Below are positions 36,701-51,700 of a stretch of 60,207 nucleotides of DNA, piece after piece. The notes under the pieces are model-generated. The model had not been told where the DNA came from. It did not search any database and saw only the letters and a list, made by a program, of their open reading frames with translations. Position numbers and translations under genes: made by a program. Positions within the stretch are counted from its first letter, which is position 1. Every line of letters starts with the position of its first letter. The DNA is from Nemertoderma westbladi (taxonomy: Eukaryota; Animalia; Xenacoelomorpha): contig JAUCBJ010006761.1 in assembly GCA_032718475.1 (NCBI GenBank), forward strand, positions 1 through 60,207. Direction: 5' to 3'.

Positions 36701-39700
36701 CCCCAAGTTTATTCCTACAGTAATTGTGCTTGTTATACATACCGTTATAGTTAAATTAACCCCGGTACTACACGGGCTGCTTGGCGTAGGTAAAGACTGG
36801 TGACTTTGTGCTTCGGTCACTCCAGCAGATGCCGTGGTTCTTTTAACTGTTCAAGTATATTTAACTACTGATTATTTGTTATACCGGTACTTGTACCTAA
36901 TTTAGGGTTTAGTGTACAGTGCTTTCCGAAGTAATTAGTGTAGGCAGTATATTTGTGTTGTAAAGTGGTTGATAGGCACATTCGTTAGCTCTATTAGCTT
37001 CTGGGTAGGAACAATCCGTGATACATAACGTAGTACCTATAGCGATACGGTTATAGGTCGTCAGGCGGTGGTATTTTCCTATCTGGACAGTACAATATAT
37101 TTACTACTACTTATTATTTCAAATACTGTAGTACCCTGTCCGTTGTAATAACCAGAAATCTAACCCTTTGTTAGGCTGGTTTGTAGACTTCCTGTAAAAT
37201 TACCCTAAAAATTTCGTACGTAATATTTTTGTTGTGTTTAATTAGAGAATTAATCTCACCCGTATCGTAAGTAATTTGTAGTATTAAGTAACTTAGGTAA
37301 ATTAGAATTATCAGTTTTAGTGTCAAATAAATAGCACTTCACTGAGCTGCTGAGAGCGTTCAGCTTCTGTGTAGTGACTTCCCCAGAAATAATAACATTT
37401 ATTTCAAATATTGACAAAAACCCATTTAAACGGGTATATAAATATTATAAATCAAATCAAACGATTTATAAATAGTAGGCCTGTCATACAGCAACTAGGT
37501 CTCACTATCAGTTGGACTACTGCTTAAATAACGGTAATAAAGTAAGTTAAAGTAACTAAGTAACCCTAAAATATTCAGGAATTCAATTATTCTAAAAATA
37601 ATTGACATACCGGTACTTACCATAGGCTTATTATATTTATTTCTATAAATTTGAGCTGAAATCATACCGGTACTCTGTAATTAATTATAATTCATAATTA
37701 TACTTATATATACTACAGTACTATAAGTGTAAACTGTATACCGGTATTTACGATAGGCCTATTATATATTTATATATATTTGTGCTAAAATTATATACCG
37801 GTACTCTGTGACAAACCTAGTTTACAATACTTATATATATTATAAGTGCATACCGGTATTCTAATATACTGCAATAAATTACCGGTACTAGGCCAGCGGT
37901 CATACTGAATTACTAGACTTGCTTTAACTGTAACTATAGCAGTAAGCCTTCAACCTGTATAGCTAAATATGTCTGACACTCAGCAAAACCTGTCAGACAG
38001 TCTGATCGATACAACTATCTGTGACTCAGATAGGAGTGTGGAGCGATTAAGAAAGGAGTTCAGCTCACCTCCTACTGCAAAAAAGGTCATCCCTCCAGTA
38101 GTATCAGACCCTAGGCTAATCCACCATAGGTCCATCATAGGCACTCGGGCACAGGTCAAACGGAACCAAGAGGCAGCTGTCTTATCGCAGCAACATCTTG
38201 GTCAAGAACCTACTTCCCAGCGACCCGATAGCTCCAGCAGTTCGGATACTGTAGAGCTGACCCCCGAACGCGGAGTGCAGATGGCTGCTACAGTCTACTC
38301 GGACCCCCTTCTTACCCTTCCTGCTGCAGTGCTAACTACTATATTCATTGCGGTGGAGGAACATCAAGCCGACTGGGCGAGGAATAAGCGAGCGACCCAA
38401 GATAATTACGCGGGATACGCCAGGGAAGAATTGATATCTATTGTTGAATCACAATGGAACTTTCCCGGACTCGGACTCCCGTTGGATCTGTCCGAGGCTA
38501 CTTGGGAAGATATACACAGGATGGGAGTGGCTAAAGATACAATGGATCCAGCTGTTTGGAAGAGGTCGGCAGCAGGATATGTGCAGGGATTCTTCGGATC
38601 CTTGGATCGATTGGAAGAACAACTGTTTCGACAACCTCAAGGACCTCAAGAGCAGGAAGAGCTGCTATATCAAATACGCGAAAGAACCCTACGCATACGA
38701 CTAATCCTCTCAGCCTTTGAGGAAACTTCCAAAAGAAGACAGGACACGTCGCTGCAGGTCGCTGTCAAAACTTGGTTACATCGGGTAGATCTCAAAGTAC
38801 AGGAAACGGCCCAGTGGAAATCCCAGCTGACTGAGAGATCGACCTATGTAGAACAAACTGATGTCACCCTTTCTCAAGCGGAAAGCGAAGAGACCGCCGA
38901 GAAACCGCGAACTAGAGACGCTATCGACATTTATTTGTCCGACTATCAGCGTTTCCTAGGAGACAAAGAGTTGAGGAGACGGCTGTCTGGACTTTCCCCT
39001 AATAGTGAAGGAACTAAGCTTGTGTTGGACTCAATCGATGCCGAAATGTTAGCTGCAAACCAAGCTGAATGTGATGAAAAACTCCGCCTCACTAGAGTCC
39101 GAGAAGAACAAGTAAAGAAAGAATGGATAGAGAAAAGAAAGGTGGCAGCAGCAGAGGCGGCAAAAGCAGAAGCCGAAAGAAAGTCGGCAGAAGCAAAAGC
39201 AGAAGCCGAAAGAAAGGCGGCAGAAGCAGAAGCAGAAGCAAAGGCAGAAGCCGAAAGAAAAGCAGCAGTGGCAGAAGCAGAACGGAGAGCTTCTGAGGAG
39301 ACTATCCAACTGGAGTTGGAAAATCTGCAAGAGACGCAAGACAGTATAAATAAACAGTTTACTGCTAATCAAATGCAGATGATGAGAAAATCTACTCCCA
39401 AGCGCCAGGGATACACATCCTCGGAGGAAGGCGATACTACCGATCCTGAAGGCGGGGGAAATAGATCTCATCTAAGTAGGCGTAGAAAAACCTCTTACCG
39501 TCGCAAATTGCCTGATTTGCCCCCAGCTGTTAGAAGACAGCTAGCTAGCACAGACTTGAGTAGTATAGAACCTACAGCCCAAAGTATTAAGGTCCAAAGA
39601 CTCTCTACAATAGTTGATGAGCCTGAGATAATTAGGCCTGTCGTTCCCAAAGTCACTTCTGTGTTAGAGACCCCTGTACTTCCAGAGCTTAACTCTAAAT

Positions 39701-42700
39701 TCCCTTTACATAGTACTACACTGCCTGTACCCGGTGGAACAGTCCAAGAGAATATCCCCGTCCAGATAGCAGAGAGAGAAATTAAAAATTTGTCTCCCGT
39801 CGTCCCGCGTCAGCCCGCTACTATGTTGGCGACTCCCGCTTCGGCGGTTGAGTGGGTGGAAGAGGGACGGCGTGGGATGAATCTCCTGCTGGGACAGATG
39901 CAGGAGACTGTCCACCAACTTAAGGGAACAGTGAGGGAAGGTAGAGCAGAGTTGCAAGAAGTGCAGCAAAGTATCGCGCTAGAACGCGACAAATTAGTCA
40001 ATATACAAAAGGGCCTACCAATACCCCCTGTAACATTGTGTCAACCTGTTAGGTCTGAAGGATTACATGCGCAAGGTGTGGAGCCTACACGCATCTATAC
40101 TGCTAGGGAAGTTGAAACTCCTATAGCAAACCCTATTAAGGGTGATTATAGACCTGTTATTAATGATATTCCCTATAGACCTGATAATGATCCGAGAAAT
40201 TTATATACCGATAATTCGATATTAAATAACACGATGGCCCAAGAAAGCTTTACGCGTCAGATGGCTAGAACAGAAGCCCGCCAAGCGGTCAAAGTGGGAG
40301 AGATCGTCAAATTCAATGGAGATGAGATGAAATGGTTACCTTTCAACGAATATTACAAAGATAGCATACAGAACTCTGTACTATCTAACGGAGAGAAACT
40401 TAGATTCCTCATCAAGTGCTTGGAAGGACCTCCCAAGTTAATGGCGTTAAAGTTTATTGGACATCCAGATGGATTAAGACAAGTTTGGGATACATTAAAC
40501 ATCAGGTATGGTAACAAGGATAACATAGCTAAGTATTTGTATGCAAAATTAGTAGCCCCCCGACACTTCCTTAGTAGCGGGATTATAGAGTTTTCCGATG
40601 AAATTCAAGAGATCTGTAGACAACTGGACTGGTTAGGTAAGTCGCATGAATATCAGAGTTCCATGGTCATTGGAGCCGTAGTCTCTACTTTACCAAAGGG
40701 TGGAGTATGTACGCGCTGGGACAAGAAAGTGTTGTACATGAATGAACAACAACGACGAAGTCCTACCATGGCTGATCTCATGTCCTTCTTAGATAGTGAA
40801 GTAAAATTACAACTCATAAGGCAGTCCAGAGAGAAAACATCGGAAAATAAGGTAAGTGAGAAACCCGTTTCTAGGAGAAGGATAATACCAGTGTGTTATA
40901 CTGACGACGGCGAAAGCCAAGCTTCTCAAGAAGAGGACAGCGGGAAAGACACAGCAAAATCTTACTATGACAACAAGACCTATAAAGACGTAAGTAAATA
41001 CAAGTCTCGAACCAGTGACAGGAGAGAACAGGTAACAACAACTCCTCCTACGTCTCCTAAGAGAATTCACGGAAGAAAGCCCGAAGAAAGAACGAGAGTG
41101 CATAACGTTAACCAAGTTAAGGTGAGTAACATCAAACCAAAATGTGCGCTGTGCGACGGGCCCCACCGTTTGAGTGCGTGTGCTGAATTTCTAAAGAAAT
41201 CCCCTGTAGACAGACGTACAGTCCTGTGGAGTAAGCGGTTATGCTATAATTGCCTCAGATCAGGACACCAACGGCGAACCTGTTACTCCGACGTAAAGTG
41301 TGCAAAGTGTGGCGCAAAACATCACATCTTGTTACACAGTGAGTTCGAACGAGACAACCAGAGTCAGGTAAGTGAGCCCAAATCACATGTCCAATTCAGT
41401 GATGTGAACGACACTGACCAAAGTTCTGAGTGGGAAGGATTCTATACGGACGAATTCTCCGATGCCAACGAATCCTGTTATCTAATAAATACCGCAGTGT
41501 ATCGAGCACTTACTTACGAAAAGGACATCAACGATGAGTTTCCCCCAACTACTTTCGCCAAACAACCATCTTGGAAAGCTCCAGCTTCCAACGTAGGAAT
41601 CAGAGAATTTCCTGTAGTTCAAGTAAGAGTTCACGGTCTTAACAAAAGCTACATAGTGAACGCCCTCCTTGACTCCGGCAGCACAGGAACATTCATCGAT
41701 CAAGAACTAGCCGAAGATATCTTTGCTGGACAACCCAAGTTCCGGACTAAATTGAACATGTCAGGAATTATGCAGGTTTGGAAATCTACCCTAACGGCAG
41801 ATTACTATGTAGGTGTGTTGTCCACCCCCCAGGATAAGTTAGGAACACAAGGTATAAGGTCAGTAAAAATGGTGGCTATAAAGAACTTTGATACTACTCA
41901 AGCAGACCTTTATAATTGGGACGAGGATGAGAGCATCCAACATCTTAAGATACCTCGATTCCAGACAGATTATCCTGGAGTGCAAATACTCATCGGCCAA
42001 AACGCGCATGAGGCGCTCGAGACATTGGAGAAACGGCCTGCTCAACCGCAGCCACTACAAACCTATGCGGTAAGAACTAGAGTAGGTTGGTACTTCACTG
42101 GCCCTTCCCGTAGAACTCTCAAAGAGAGATTACCTCAACAACAGGTATACCAAGTAAAGGGGGAAGTGGAGAGCAGTGATGTGGACGATCCAACTGAGGG
42201 AACACCATACTCCTCAGATAATGACGATATTAACTCCAATGTAGATCAATGGAGACATTGCCTTGGGACGATTAATCCAGCCGACATCGATTCCAGAGGA
42301 GCAACTCCTCAAGAACTGATAGATACTCCAGGCTGGTTAGGTGGATCCGACTCCTTAAGTAAAGAAGAAGAAGAATGGCCTCCTCATCTTACCACGGCAG
42401 AAATTAGACAGGCCAAGGGAGCGGAGAAAGTAACACAACAACTCAATCGCCCAGCTAGTCGTTTATGTTTACTGGAAAGAGACCGAAAACTGTCCGGAAA
42501 CTATGGAAGGCAAGATACTCTTCCTACGACCACTTCCCTAATCCGACAAATATCTAGGGACTCCATAACGTAATAACATATGGAGTGGGCGTGTGACTAT
42601 ATCATTTTATATTTGTTTTTATTTTATATTTATGTATGTATTATTATGTAATTTTATTATAATCGTTTTCTTTAATTTTATTTAGTAGAATGTTATTTTA

Positions 42701-45700
42701 GAATATTTAGTAAATTAGTGCAATATATTAGTGTTTATTACGTACATAATTACTATAATATATATTTAGTGCGACGGCGAGAAATAATTATTTTTCTCTT
42801 CCCTTACTGTCCGTATCATATTATAAATACGTGACTACAGTAAGATGAAATGTCCGTACTTCTTAAAGTACAATAAAGCCACTACTATATTTAAGTATTA
42901 TTGGTAGGCAGAGTATTAGGAATGCAAAGTTCAGATCCTCGTGTCTCGGCTAAACCAAGCTCTGGGTAGACCTTGGAAACGACTTGCCTCTTCACACTGA
43001 CATTGCTTCGTGCGATATTGCTCTTCTACCTTATAACAAATAATACATATAGTAGCGTGATGTCCCTCTAACAGTAGCGTAAATCGCAAATAAATCTGTT
43101 AAACTTTTTGACTATCTGTAATTCTAGTCGATTAAGATATCGTGGCACCCACCGATATACTTGAAAGACAAATTCTAGAATCAGTGGTTAACGTCCCCAG
43201 ACAAGTTCTGGAATAAATCGGTGCCCATCCTAAATATTAATTTAATATTTATTAAAATCTGTAAAATCCCGATCCTTTAAAATTTCTAGTCAATTAAGAT
43301 ATCGCAGTATTTACCGATATTCTTAGAAGGACTATTTTATAGAATTAAGGATCCTGAGTTCCCAGACATGCTCTGGAATAAAATTTGTGTCAATTTAACA
43401 TCAAATAATAAAATTCACGGGAATAAATTTAAATTCATATTCAAATGAATTTCATAAATTGTCATTTTTTGCAATTTATAACATTCCCAAAATTCCAGTA
43501 ATTAATAGATCATGGGAGCGGAGATTCATATTGAGTGTATTAAAGTGCGAGAATCTCCAACATAGTCAATAGCCGATAAAATTTATAAAATCATGCATAA
43601 AGAGGGTATTGACAACTAAAGAATTACTATTAAATAACATCCCAGATCTGTATGCATGAGAATTACCCTAATTCTACCGCTAGTTTTCCATAATGTCACC
43701 ATGGCAACACCCACGCTAGAATTAGAAGCAAGTTAAAGGAACAATAAAAGGCTTGCCCCATTGCGTAGCCTAAGAGGATACATAGCGCACTATTAGTATC
43801 CAAGGATACATAGTAATAACGTGACATTCTGGAAGACACTGACTAACGAACAAATGGCCTGCATGTGTGCAGTAAGTAATGATTGTATGGAATTTGTGCG
43901 TTTATAGGTGAATGTTACTACTAAAGTGTGTTTACAGTAGCTAATCGCAATTGTAAAGTAGCCCTAACTCTACCGAGATAACCTCAAGTGGATTCAAGCT
44001 TTTGGGACGGACAGTGGTGGGACTTGTGCCGGTTATCGTTGTCGTGCTGTTGCTACATGTTGGCGTAAACACTGCGACAACGGTACATCGGCGCTGAGAA
44101 ACCCACTGTCCGGGGGCAAAGCCTAGTAGGCAGCGACGCCCGCTTGCCTAAATATTAACTCATATTGATATTAATAAACTCAGATAGCAGATATGACGGA
44201 ATTGATAGAAGATGACCTTGGTATTAGAAATCGATATACTCTACCTTTACAAGCGTTTGTGGATAGCTTGATACGCGGTGAAGCCGATCCGACTATTACG
44301 GAGGACGATGGTCGTTATATCGAACCGCCGATGTCCCAAGAGCAACTTACGCGTGAATTGGACTATCGAAAATTAACCGCTCGCTATACGCATCGTAATG
44401 GTACGTATATGGACTTCTTAACTACCGGCCATCCTATCGATTTACATGATACTGACGATGTAGACACCGAAAGGGAAATGGTTCTATTTAAATATCATAC
44501 CCAGCGGCGTCGTAACGATAAACCGAGAATAGATCACGAAAATTCTATTCGTAACAGACTGGGAAGACGAACCAATATGTCTAGAATCTGAGGAGATTCA
44601 GCCTATCGCGCTCGGAACAGCGACAACGATTACATCCTAGAATGGTATCAAGGTCCACAGTGTCTCACTGCGTACGATTATCGCCATGCCAACTATGTTT
44701 CTCGGCAACGTTGTCGGTTATGCGCATCGAGAGACCATGTTACGCCCATGGACACAAACGTCCGCTGTTCCTATTTCCACGAACAACCGGCAATGGAAAT
44801 TTATTGCGCGTATTGCAGATTTAATAATTTGCACATTTTTGCGGTTTGCCCTTAATTTATGACTCAATGTCACCATTGTCAACTAAAGGGACATGCCAGC
44901 TTTGATTGTCCCTTTAACCATGATTTAGAGAGCGTATATGAAATGATTGTACTACGTTATATCAGAGCTTGGGAAGCGAACGCTGATTTACATTGTGATT
45001 CACGCCATCGCTATTATCCTGGACGCGCTTACGAAGGAGTTTATGCGTTCCATCCTTATTTGTTTGCCTCCGTCGAGCAGAAATCGCGCCTATCAAGTTA
45101 TGAACTATTGAAGCGCGTTGGAGAATGTATTTCAACCAAATATGTACGCAAATTTCTCAGGAGCATTAATCCGAGTGACATCAATTCGTACAACTTAATA
45201 AACTTTATCCGTCAAGATCCGGCCTATGGAGACTTATTTGTCAACTCACACCCCGAGTTACAAGAAGTATATCGACGGCCTTACGAGTACAGAGCCCGCG
45301 AACGCGAGTTGGAAAGAACCATTAAACCAAGGAAGTTTCTAACTGCCTATGGTCCACCCACGGCCCTCGTTCAGACCACTCGTAAAGGACCCGTAAGAGC
45401 GGCTGTCTTGAAACGAGCTCTCAAAGCCGTTAGACCCCTCTCCCCGGACGTTGATGTCAATCAACCCGGTACTTCGACCGGCGGATATACCGATCATAAT
45501 CCCATACCTTCTGATGCAATCATATTGCACCCTTCACCCAGGAGTTATAGCCCTCCTCGTAAAGTGGCTCGCCCCAAAGAGAAAAGGACTCTTGCTAGCT
45601 TTAAAAAACTGCGTAAACGCCGTCCGCGCAAGAAAGACTAACTGTTTAGAGTATTTTTATATTTTAGAAACTGTGATTTTGTATATTTTATAGACTTAAA

Positions 45701-48700
45701 TCCCATTTTCTGGGAGCGGTGTAAAAGCTTTTGTGGGATAACTGATACGTTTGCCTTTGCTGGCCAGTTCCCCCCCAGTCGCTAGAATACTCTCAAAGGG
45801 ATTTATAACTAAAATAGTGCAAGCTACCAGCTTATTGGCTGATGTGCTGTACGGAGATATCTGGGCTCAGTTTAATCGGCCAACTAGCTTAGAGAGGTTG
45901 CCTTAGCCTTGCTGTCCGTATCGGCCAATAGAATTTGAGTGGGCGTTGATTTCGACCTATCCCAGAGCTACTGAACTGAATTTCCTATCTCACTGCTCAT
46001 CCTCTGTGTTGGACGGGAGCTTCGGGGAATAAGGGTAGTTGGTATACTCGTATAGTCATTCTAGTCATATGATTTTATATGTTTCTGTTGTTATGTTCCC
46101 ATTTTTCGCCATAACACCGGCTTTAGGGAATAACTCCAGTAAAACTGCTTAAATTATCGAAAGTATAACTGTTACCTTAACTTAACTAATCAATCTTAAC
46201 TTACTTAACTCACTATTAATCATATTGTTTGTACTGTTATTTACCGTCAGTTATTAATTGTATCTATTTGTTGATGGAAATATTGCTCTTTGGATAATAC
46301 GGATAAATCACCCAAATTTCCCAATTTTCTTGATACACTACAGGTTAGAGAGACAGGCTATACATAACAATTGCGATTTATATTAATGTGGTGTGTATTG
46401 AATCTAATGTTATTTAGCAGACCCTACATGAGTCAATTGCTGCTCTCTTTATGTGTGATCAAATATACTGACGGTCGGCAGAATAGTGTGCATGATTGTG
46501 ATTGGTAACAAAGCATTTCCTAAAGAATGCGCCTTATACTTTAATCATAAGCAGTATCGTTGCGTTTAGTATAAGTCCTAGTTCTGTTTAAATAGATAGA
46601 GCGCCACGTCCTAAAGGAACTGTTAATATGTCCCGAAAGCCAATAATATCTGTCAGAAATTAATTATTAACGATCTATCGAATAATACAGTAGGTTTACA
46701 CTGCAACCTTACACTGCAATAATACAATTTAAGCAGCCGAATTCAGCCTCCCGGGTGTAGATCCATCGGGTGAATGATCGCGCATGGGCTGACTTCGGGT
46801 AATGTTTTGTTTATTAGCATAAAATATTGTCGTATGCTAAAGGTGTTTTAATTAACTAAAAGACATATAAATTTTGGCAGGTTAAACTGCTAAAGGTCTT
46901 CAAAAGCGCGAACAATTATAATTTATTATTCTGGTATTGCGAGTTGTTCTAATTTATTATTCTCGTATTGCGAACTATTCTCACGTATTATTATCGTATT
47001 GCAAACTATTCTCACGTATTATTATCGTATTGCGAACTATTCTCACGTATTATTATCGTATTACAAACTATTCTCACGTATTGTTATCGTATTGCAAAAT
47101 ATTCTCACGTATGATTCTCGTATTACGTCGGCGAATTATACACCTGGGGGTCATCGGGATAGTGAATTCGTTTATTTTTAATTATTCTGTTGTATAATTG
47201 GTAAGCCAATCAATTATTTTTTCGCAAGAAGGAGAGTAGGGTGTGTTGATACATCATTACTTGGCTGAAAGTAATTATTAGAAATTAAAATTATAAAGTC
47301 GTATTATAATTACTTTCACATTTAGTATTATTATTATGACTTTCTTTCACACAGATAAATTTGTTACTCTCTTACCGCGCGGACATATTTGCTTTAAACG
47401 AATTGAACCAAATTCCTTTCCACACTGCTTGTCAGGCTGGCGACTTTGATCTCGCGGTGCGGTTTCTAGAATACGTGAATCTATGTAGTCAGGACGATAC
47501 AGCTAACTCACCTTCAATGCGGAGCCTTGTGGTATGTTATATTTACTATGCAGACTTGTTTTATAGTGGAAGGGCTTAACGTAAAATTGTGACAAATGTG
47601 CCAAAGGTTTTTGTGAGTAACTATGGGTATATTATGGATGACAAAAATTATATGCTCCGAAAATTGTTTAATGGAACATAATATATTTATTGCTGGATAT
47701 TCTAAAAAAATTGGCATAATTAGTAGCCAAACAAAAGGCAGAGTAGGGGGGACTAAGGATCAAAATTGTGATGTTCTAGAATGATATATTTGATTGTATT
47801 GATTCAATGTGAAAGGAATACATTTTAAACTGCCCTGTCGCACATTAGTTACTACAGGTTTAAACTGCCCTGTCGCACATTAGTTGCTACCTGTTTAAAC
47901 TGCCGTATCGCACATTTGTTGCTACCGATTTAAACTGCCCTGTCGCACATTAGTTACTACAGGTTTAAACTGCCCTGTCGCACATTAGTTGCTACCTGTT
48001 TAAACTGCCGTATCGCACATTTGTTGCTACCGATTTAAACTGCCCTGTCGCACATTAGTTACTAAAGGTTTAAACTGCCGTATCGCACAGAGGCATGCCT
48101 CTGTGCACATTAGTTGCTACCGGTATATCTCGTTAACTAGAAGAAGCATAAAATTTTTAAATACTGTATATCAAAAATTGCCCCAAATATTTAGGTAACT
48201 GATTGCGCGGCAAGGAAAATCTACTATTTTCAGCGGAGATTTTTCACATACTAAAATTGAGATTTTGCATGATTGATTTTAGGTGTAATTTTGTTATTTG
48301 TTTTAGTTTGAAAAACCGCAATTTAGATTATGATATACAGCGCGACCTGAAACAAGTCCATTTTTTGAGATTTTTGAGGTCGACAAATCTGATGTACTGG
48401 GTTAAATTCCCTGATTTAGTCGAGAGGTTGTGTTATATTAATAAGCTTCCTCACAAATTTCCATTGCTCTGGTAAATCTCGCCAAAGTGACCTTGTTAGG
48501 CTAACTATGTAAAATCCATTTTGGTAAGGTATAAATCCTCATAAACATCACGCTGTGGTGCACATCCGGTAAGACCGGAATATAGTGAGTAAAATCTATT
48601 AGGATCATAAGGAAAGAAACATGAAATTCAAAATGATAATAATGTGGTCAGATTTTATTGTACATAAAGATACGTAAATTTTGGCAAGTTTTTTACTTTT

Positions 48701-51700
48701 GTTACAATTTTGCCCTTTTATTTCGCTAAGCCACTCAATTAAGGGGGGGGTACACCCCCCTCTGGACCTTTTTTGCAAATGGCTATAATTTCTGCTTATG
48801 TGTAATTTTGTATATTTTATACCTTTCGGGGGATTAACATATGGCCAAAGATTGGGTTCAAAAATTTTTTTTTCAAATTTGCGTCGCCCTCTAGCGGCCA
48901 CCACCGAAATTGTTAATTTCACTAAAAACACTACTAGTCTCACAATTTTGGGCGAAAATTTTCGAAACTTGGTTTTTCTGAATCAGCATCCTCGGCTCCA
49001 CAAAACTTATCGGTTACATTTTTTATTTAGGTCTTAAATATTTTTTAAATATTATTAACTAATATTAATTATTACTTAATGGATATTAACTAATTTCAAG
49101 AAATTAATATGGCACAATTCAAAATTTTAACCGATAACTTTTGATCAAAACCCGAAAAGAAATCAAACAAAAAAAAAATTTCGAAAATTGGTTAAGAAAT
49201 GGCGGAGTAGTAGTATTTTGAATGTGAAAAATACAATTCCGAGATAAACGCATTTAAAGTTTAAGAACAATATATTTCAAATGTTCCCGCTATTTTCAGT
49301 ACTGGTATCTCCTTTTCTTTTCCGATTGGTTATCCCCTATCCATATTTTGTGATTTCTCAATGGATTTGGTTCAAAAAATCCCCTACCCACTTTTAACAA
49401 CCTGTTAAAATAATTTTAGAGTGCTTGCCAAAAAACACTTCGCGCAGCACGTGAACAAATTACATTTTGGCGTATTGATTTGATCGCATACTATTTCGTC
49501 ATTTAGTAATAAATAGTCATGGAATAATGAGATAACCTTAAGAAACATTCAAAATTATATAAAAATTTCCACATAATTTTATAATAAACCTTTACACAGA
49601 ACATTAAGCTTTGCGCAGTACGTGAAACCTTCGCGCAGCACGTGAGACATTTGCACAGCAGGTGAAGGTTTCACGTACAACTTAAATTCTTCATAAAGCA
49701 CGTTAATTAATTGAGCACCTCGGAAAGCTTTTTGATCAGAATGAGAAGCCTTCATGCGGCACATGAAAAGTTCATGCTGCACATGAAGACTTCGCGCAGC
49801 ACGTGAATTATTCTCAGAGCCTGCGGAATTTAAAAAAAATAAGTTTATGGTTGTTTCCCAGAATAATTATTACTAGCTATTGTTATATGATGGTTCACAT
49901 TTGTTATTACTAGTAGACAACTAGTCCATTAGACAACTGTTCAATATGTAATACAACACTCACAAATATCTATTAAATATATATTAATTAAAATTTGACG
50001 GACATGTTGACAGACAGACAGACATACAAACAGACAGACAAACTGAGAGACAGACTGAGATACAGACATAGTGATTAGATAATTCCAAATATGAAAACAG
50101 ACATCGACATTAAGAAAAATCCTAACAGTAAACATTTCAGATTGCTTATTTTATGCCCTTTTTATTATTTCGATGGACAGACAGACAGACATACAGACGG
50201 ATAACCAGCCATTACTCGAGAAGTAAAAGAGATCTCGCTAAGCCGTTTCCAGATTTGAAATCCGCATTAAATTCTACTCTAGATGAAATAAAAAAACAAA
50301 AAATGAAAATTTTGACCTGAGGGGGGGTGTACCCCCCCCTTAAGCTTTTTGTGCAGACAGGATTTCACTCACATATCACTTGCCTTATCCTCTATAGATA
50401 TACGGACTGTCTGACGAAGGAGATGATTTGAAAGATGCCATGAACCGTTTCCTCAACCACAAAGACAGTCAGAGGCGAACTCCCCTCCACTACTGCTCGA
50501 TAAACGGGAGTGGAAGAATATCCAATCTGTTGCTCACCAACTCCGCTGAAATACATTGCAGGTTTGTTTCATCTTAGATGTTAAATAAGGTAATAATATA
50601 GTCTGTTTTTGGCCAAAGAATGTAATTTTGATGATTGCTATTTTTGATTGTTTTTTTTATTACTATTTATTACGAGCACAAAAATTCCGCATAACAAAAG
50701 CTTAAAGTAAAGTTGTTGGCAATATATTGTATGTGATTATATGATTTTGGACCGGGTTGTATAACATCATTTTGATTGTTAGAAATTGCAGCGGTAAGTG
50801 TATTTATGGGTGTTAAGAGACATAATAAGGATAATTTGAGCCAAGTTTGAGCAAAATTGAAGTATACATGTTTTTCGCGCTTCGCATTTAAAGTCTTTAA
50901 ATCTACATTAAAAGAGCTATGTGGAAAATATAGCACAAGTATCACGATATTATGAAAGAGCAAGACAAGAGCTTTCAAATGAATACTTATGTTGCAGGTT
51001 TATTATGAGATCTTCATTAATAATGCCTCTTTGTATACTTCCGGTCCGACCGGAAATCGGCGAAAACCTCAAACTTTGAGGTGGCATATCTCGTGATTGC
51101 AAGCAGTTCAAGTATTTAGCATTTAGCATGAGTTACTTACTCAATAAGTACTAGCTCTCCACCAAATTAAAAAAAAAATCCGAGCACCTAAGGTAAAAAA
51201 TGATATAAAAGTGTGATGATTTTGTGCGGAATGTCCCTGTAATAGATTTCCAATGACATAGGGATGTTAAGTTTGTCTCACCATACATTATAACCAAACA
51301 ATAAAAACAATTTAAAAGTATTATTTATTTTTCAAAATGTAAAACATGAATGAATATAGACGGTAAGAAAATAAGGGCATCATTATACACTAGAGATGAA
51401 ACGCCTGTGTCGGCTCTATAAAGATTTAGATAGCATATCTAAGTTGATATAATCATATCTGATTAATGAGATATAATTTAGGGCTACCATTTAATAATAA
51501 GTAATAATAATTACTGTTGCTCATCCCGAACCCAACGACTTTATCTTAGTTTTAATTTATTTTAGAGACATCCACGGCGACACTCCACTTCACTTAGCAA
51601 TGAAACACAAACGGATCGATACCGCTGGGATACTTATAGAGAACAATGCGAGTGTCGATATGGAGAATAATGAAGGTTCTAGTCCACTTACCTACGCGGT

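Larger units (their letters stand above)
34533..46914 (+). mobile_element. BEL/Pao-type LTR retroelement, non-autonomous (no RT or integrase core)
   Basis: TG...CA LTRs; 5-bp TSD ATTAT at 34528-34532 and 46915-46919; BEL-type gag-protease ORF. Confidence 0.95.

Noticed and set aside
42800-44150. Possible env or antisense gene inside the LTR element
   Set aside because: No ORF of useful length or consistent splice model; only a diverged ~170-bp duplication at ~43120-43385
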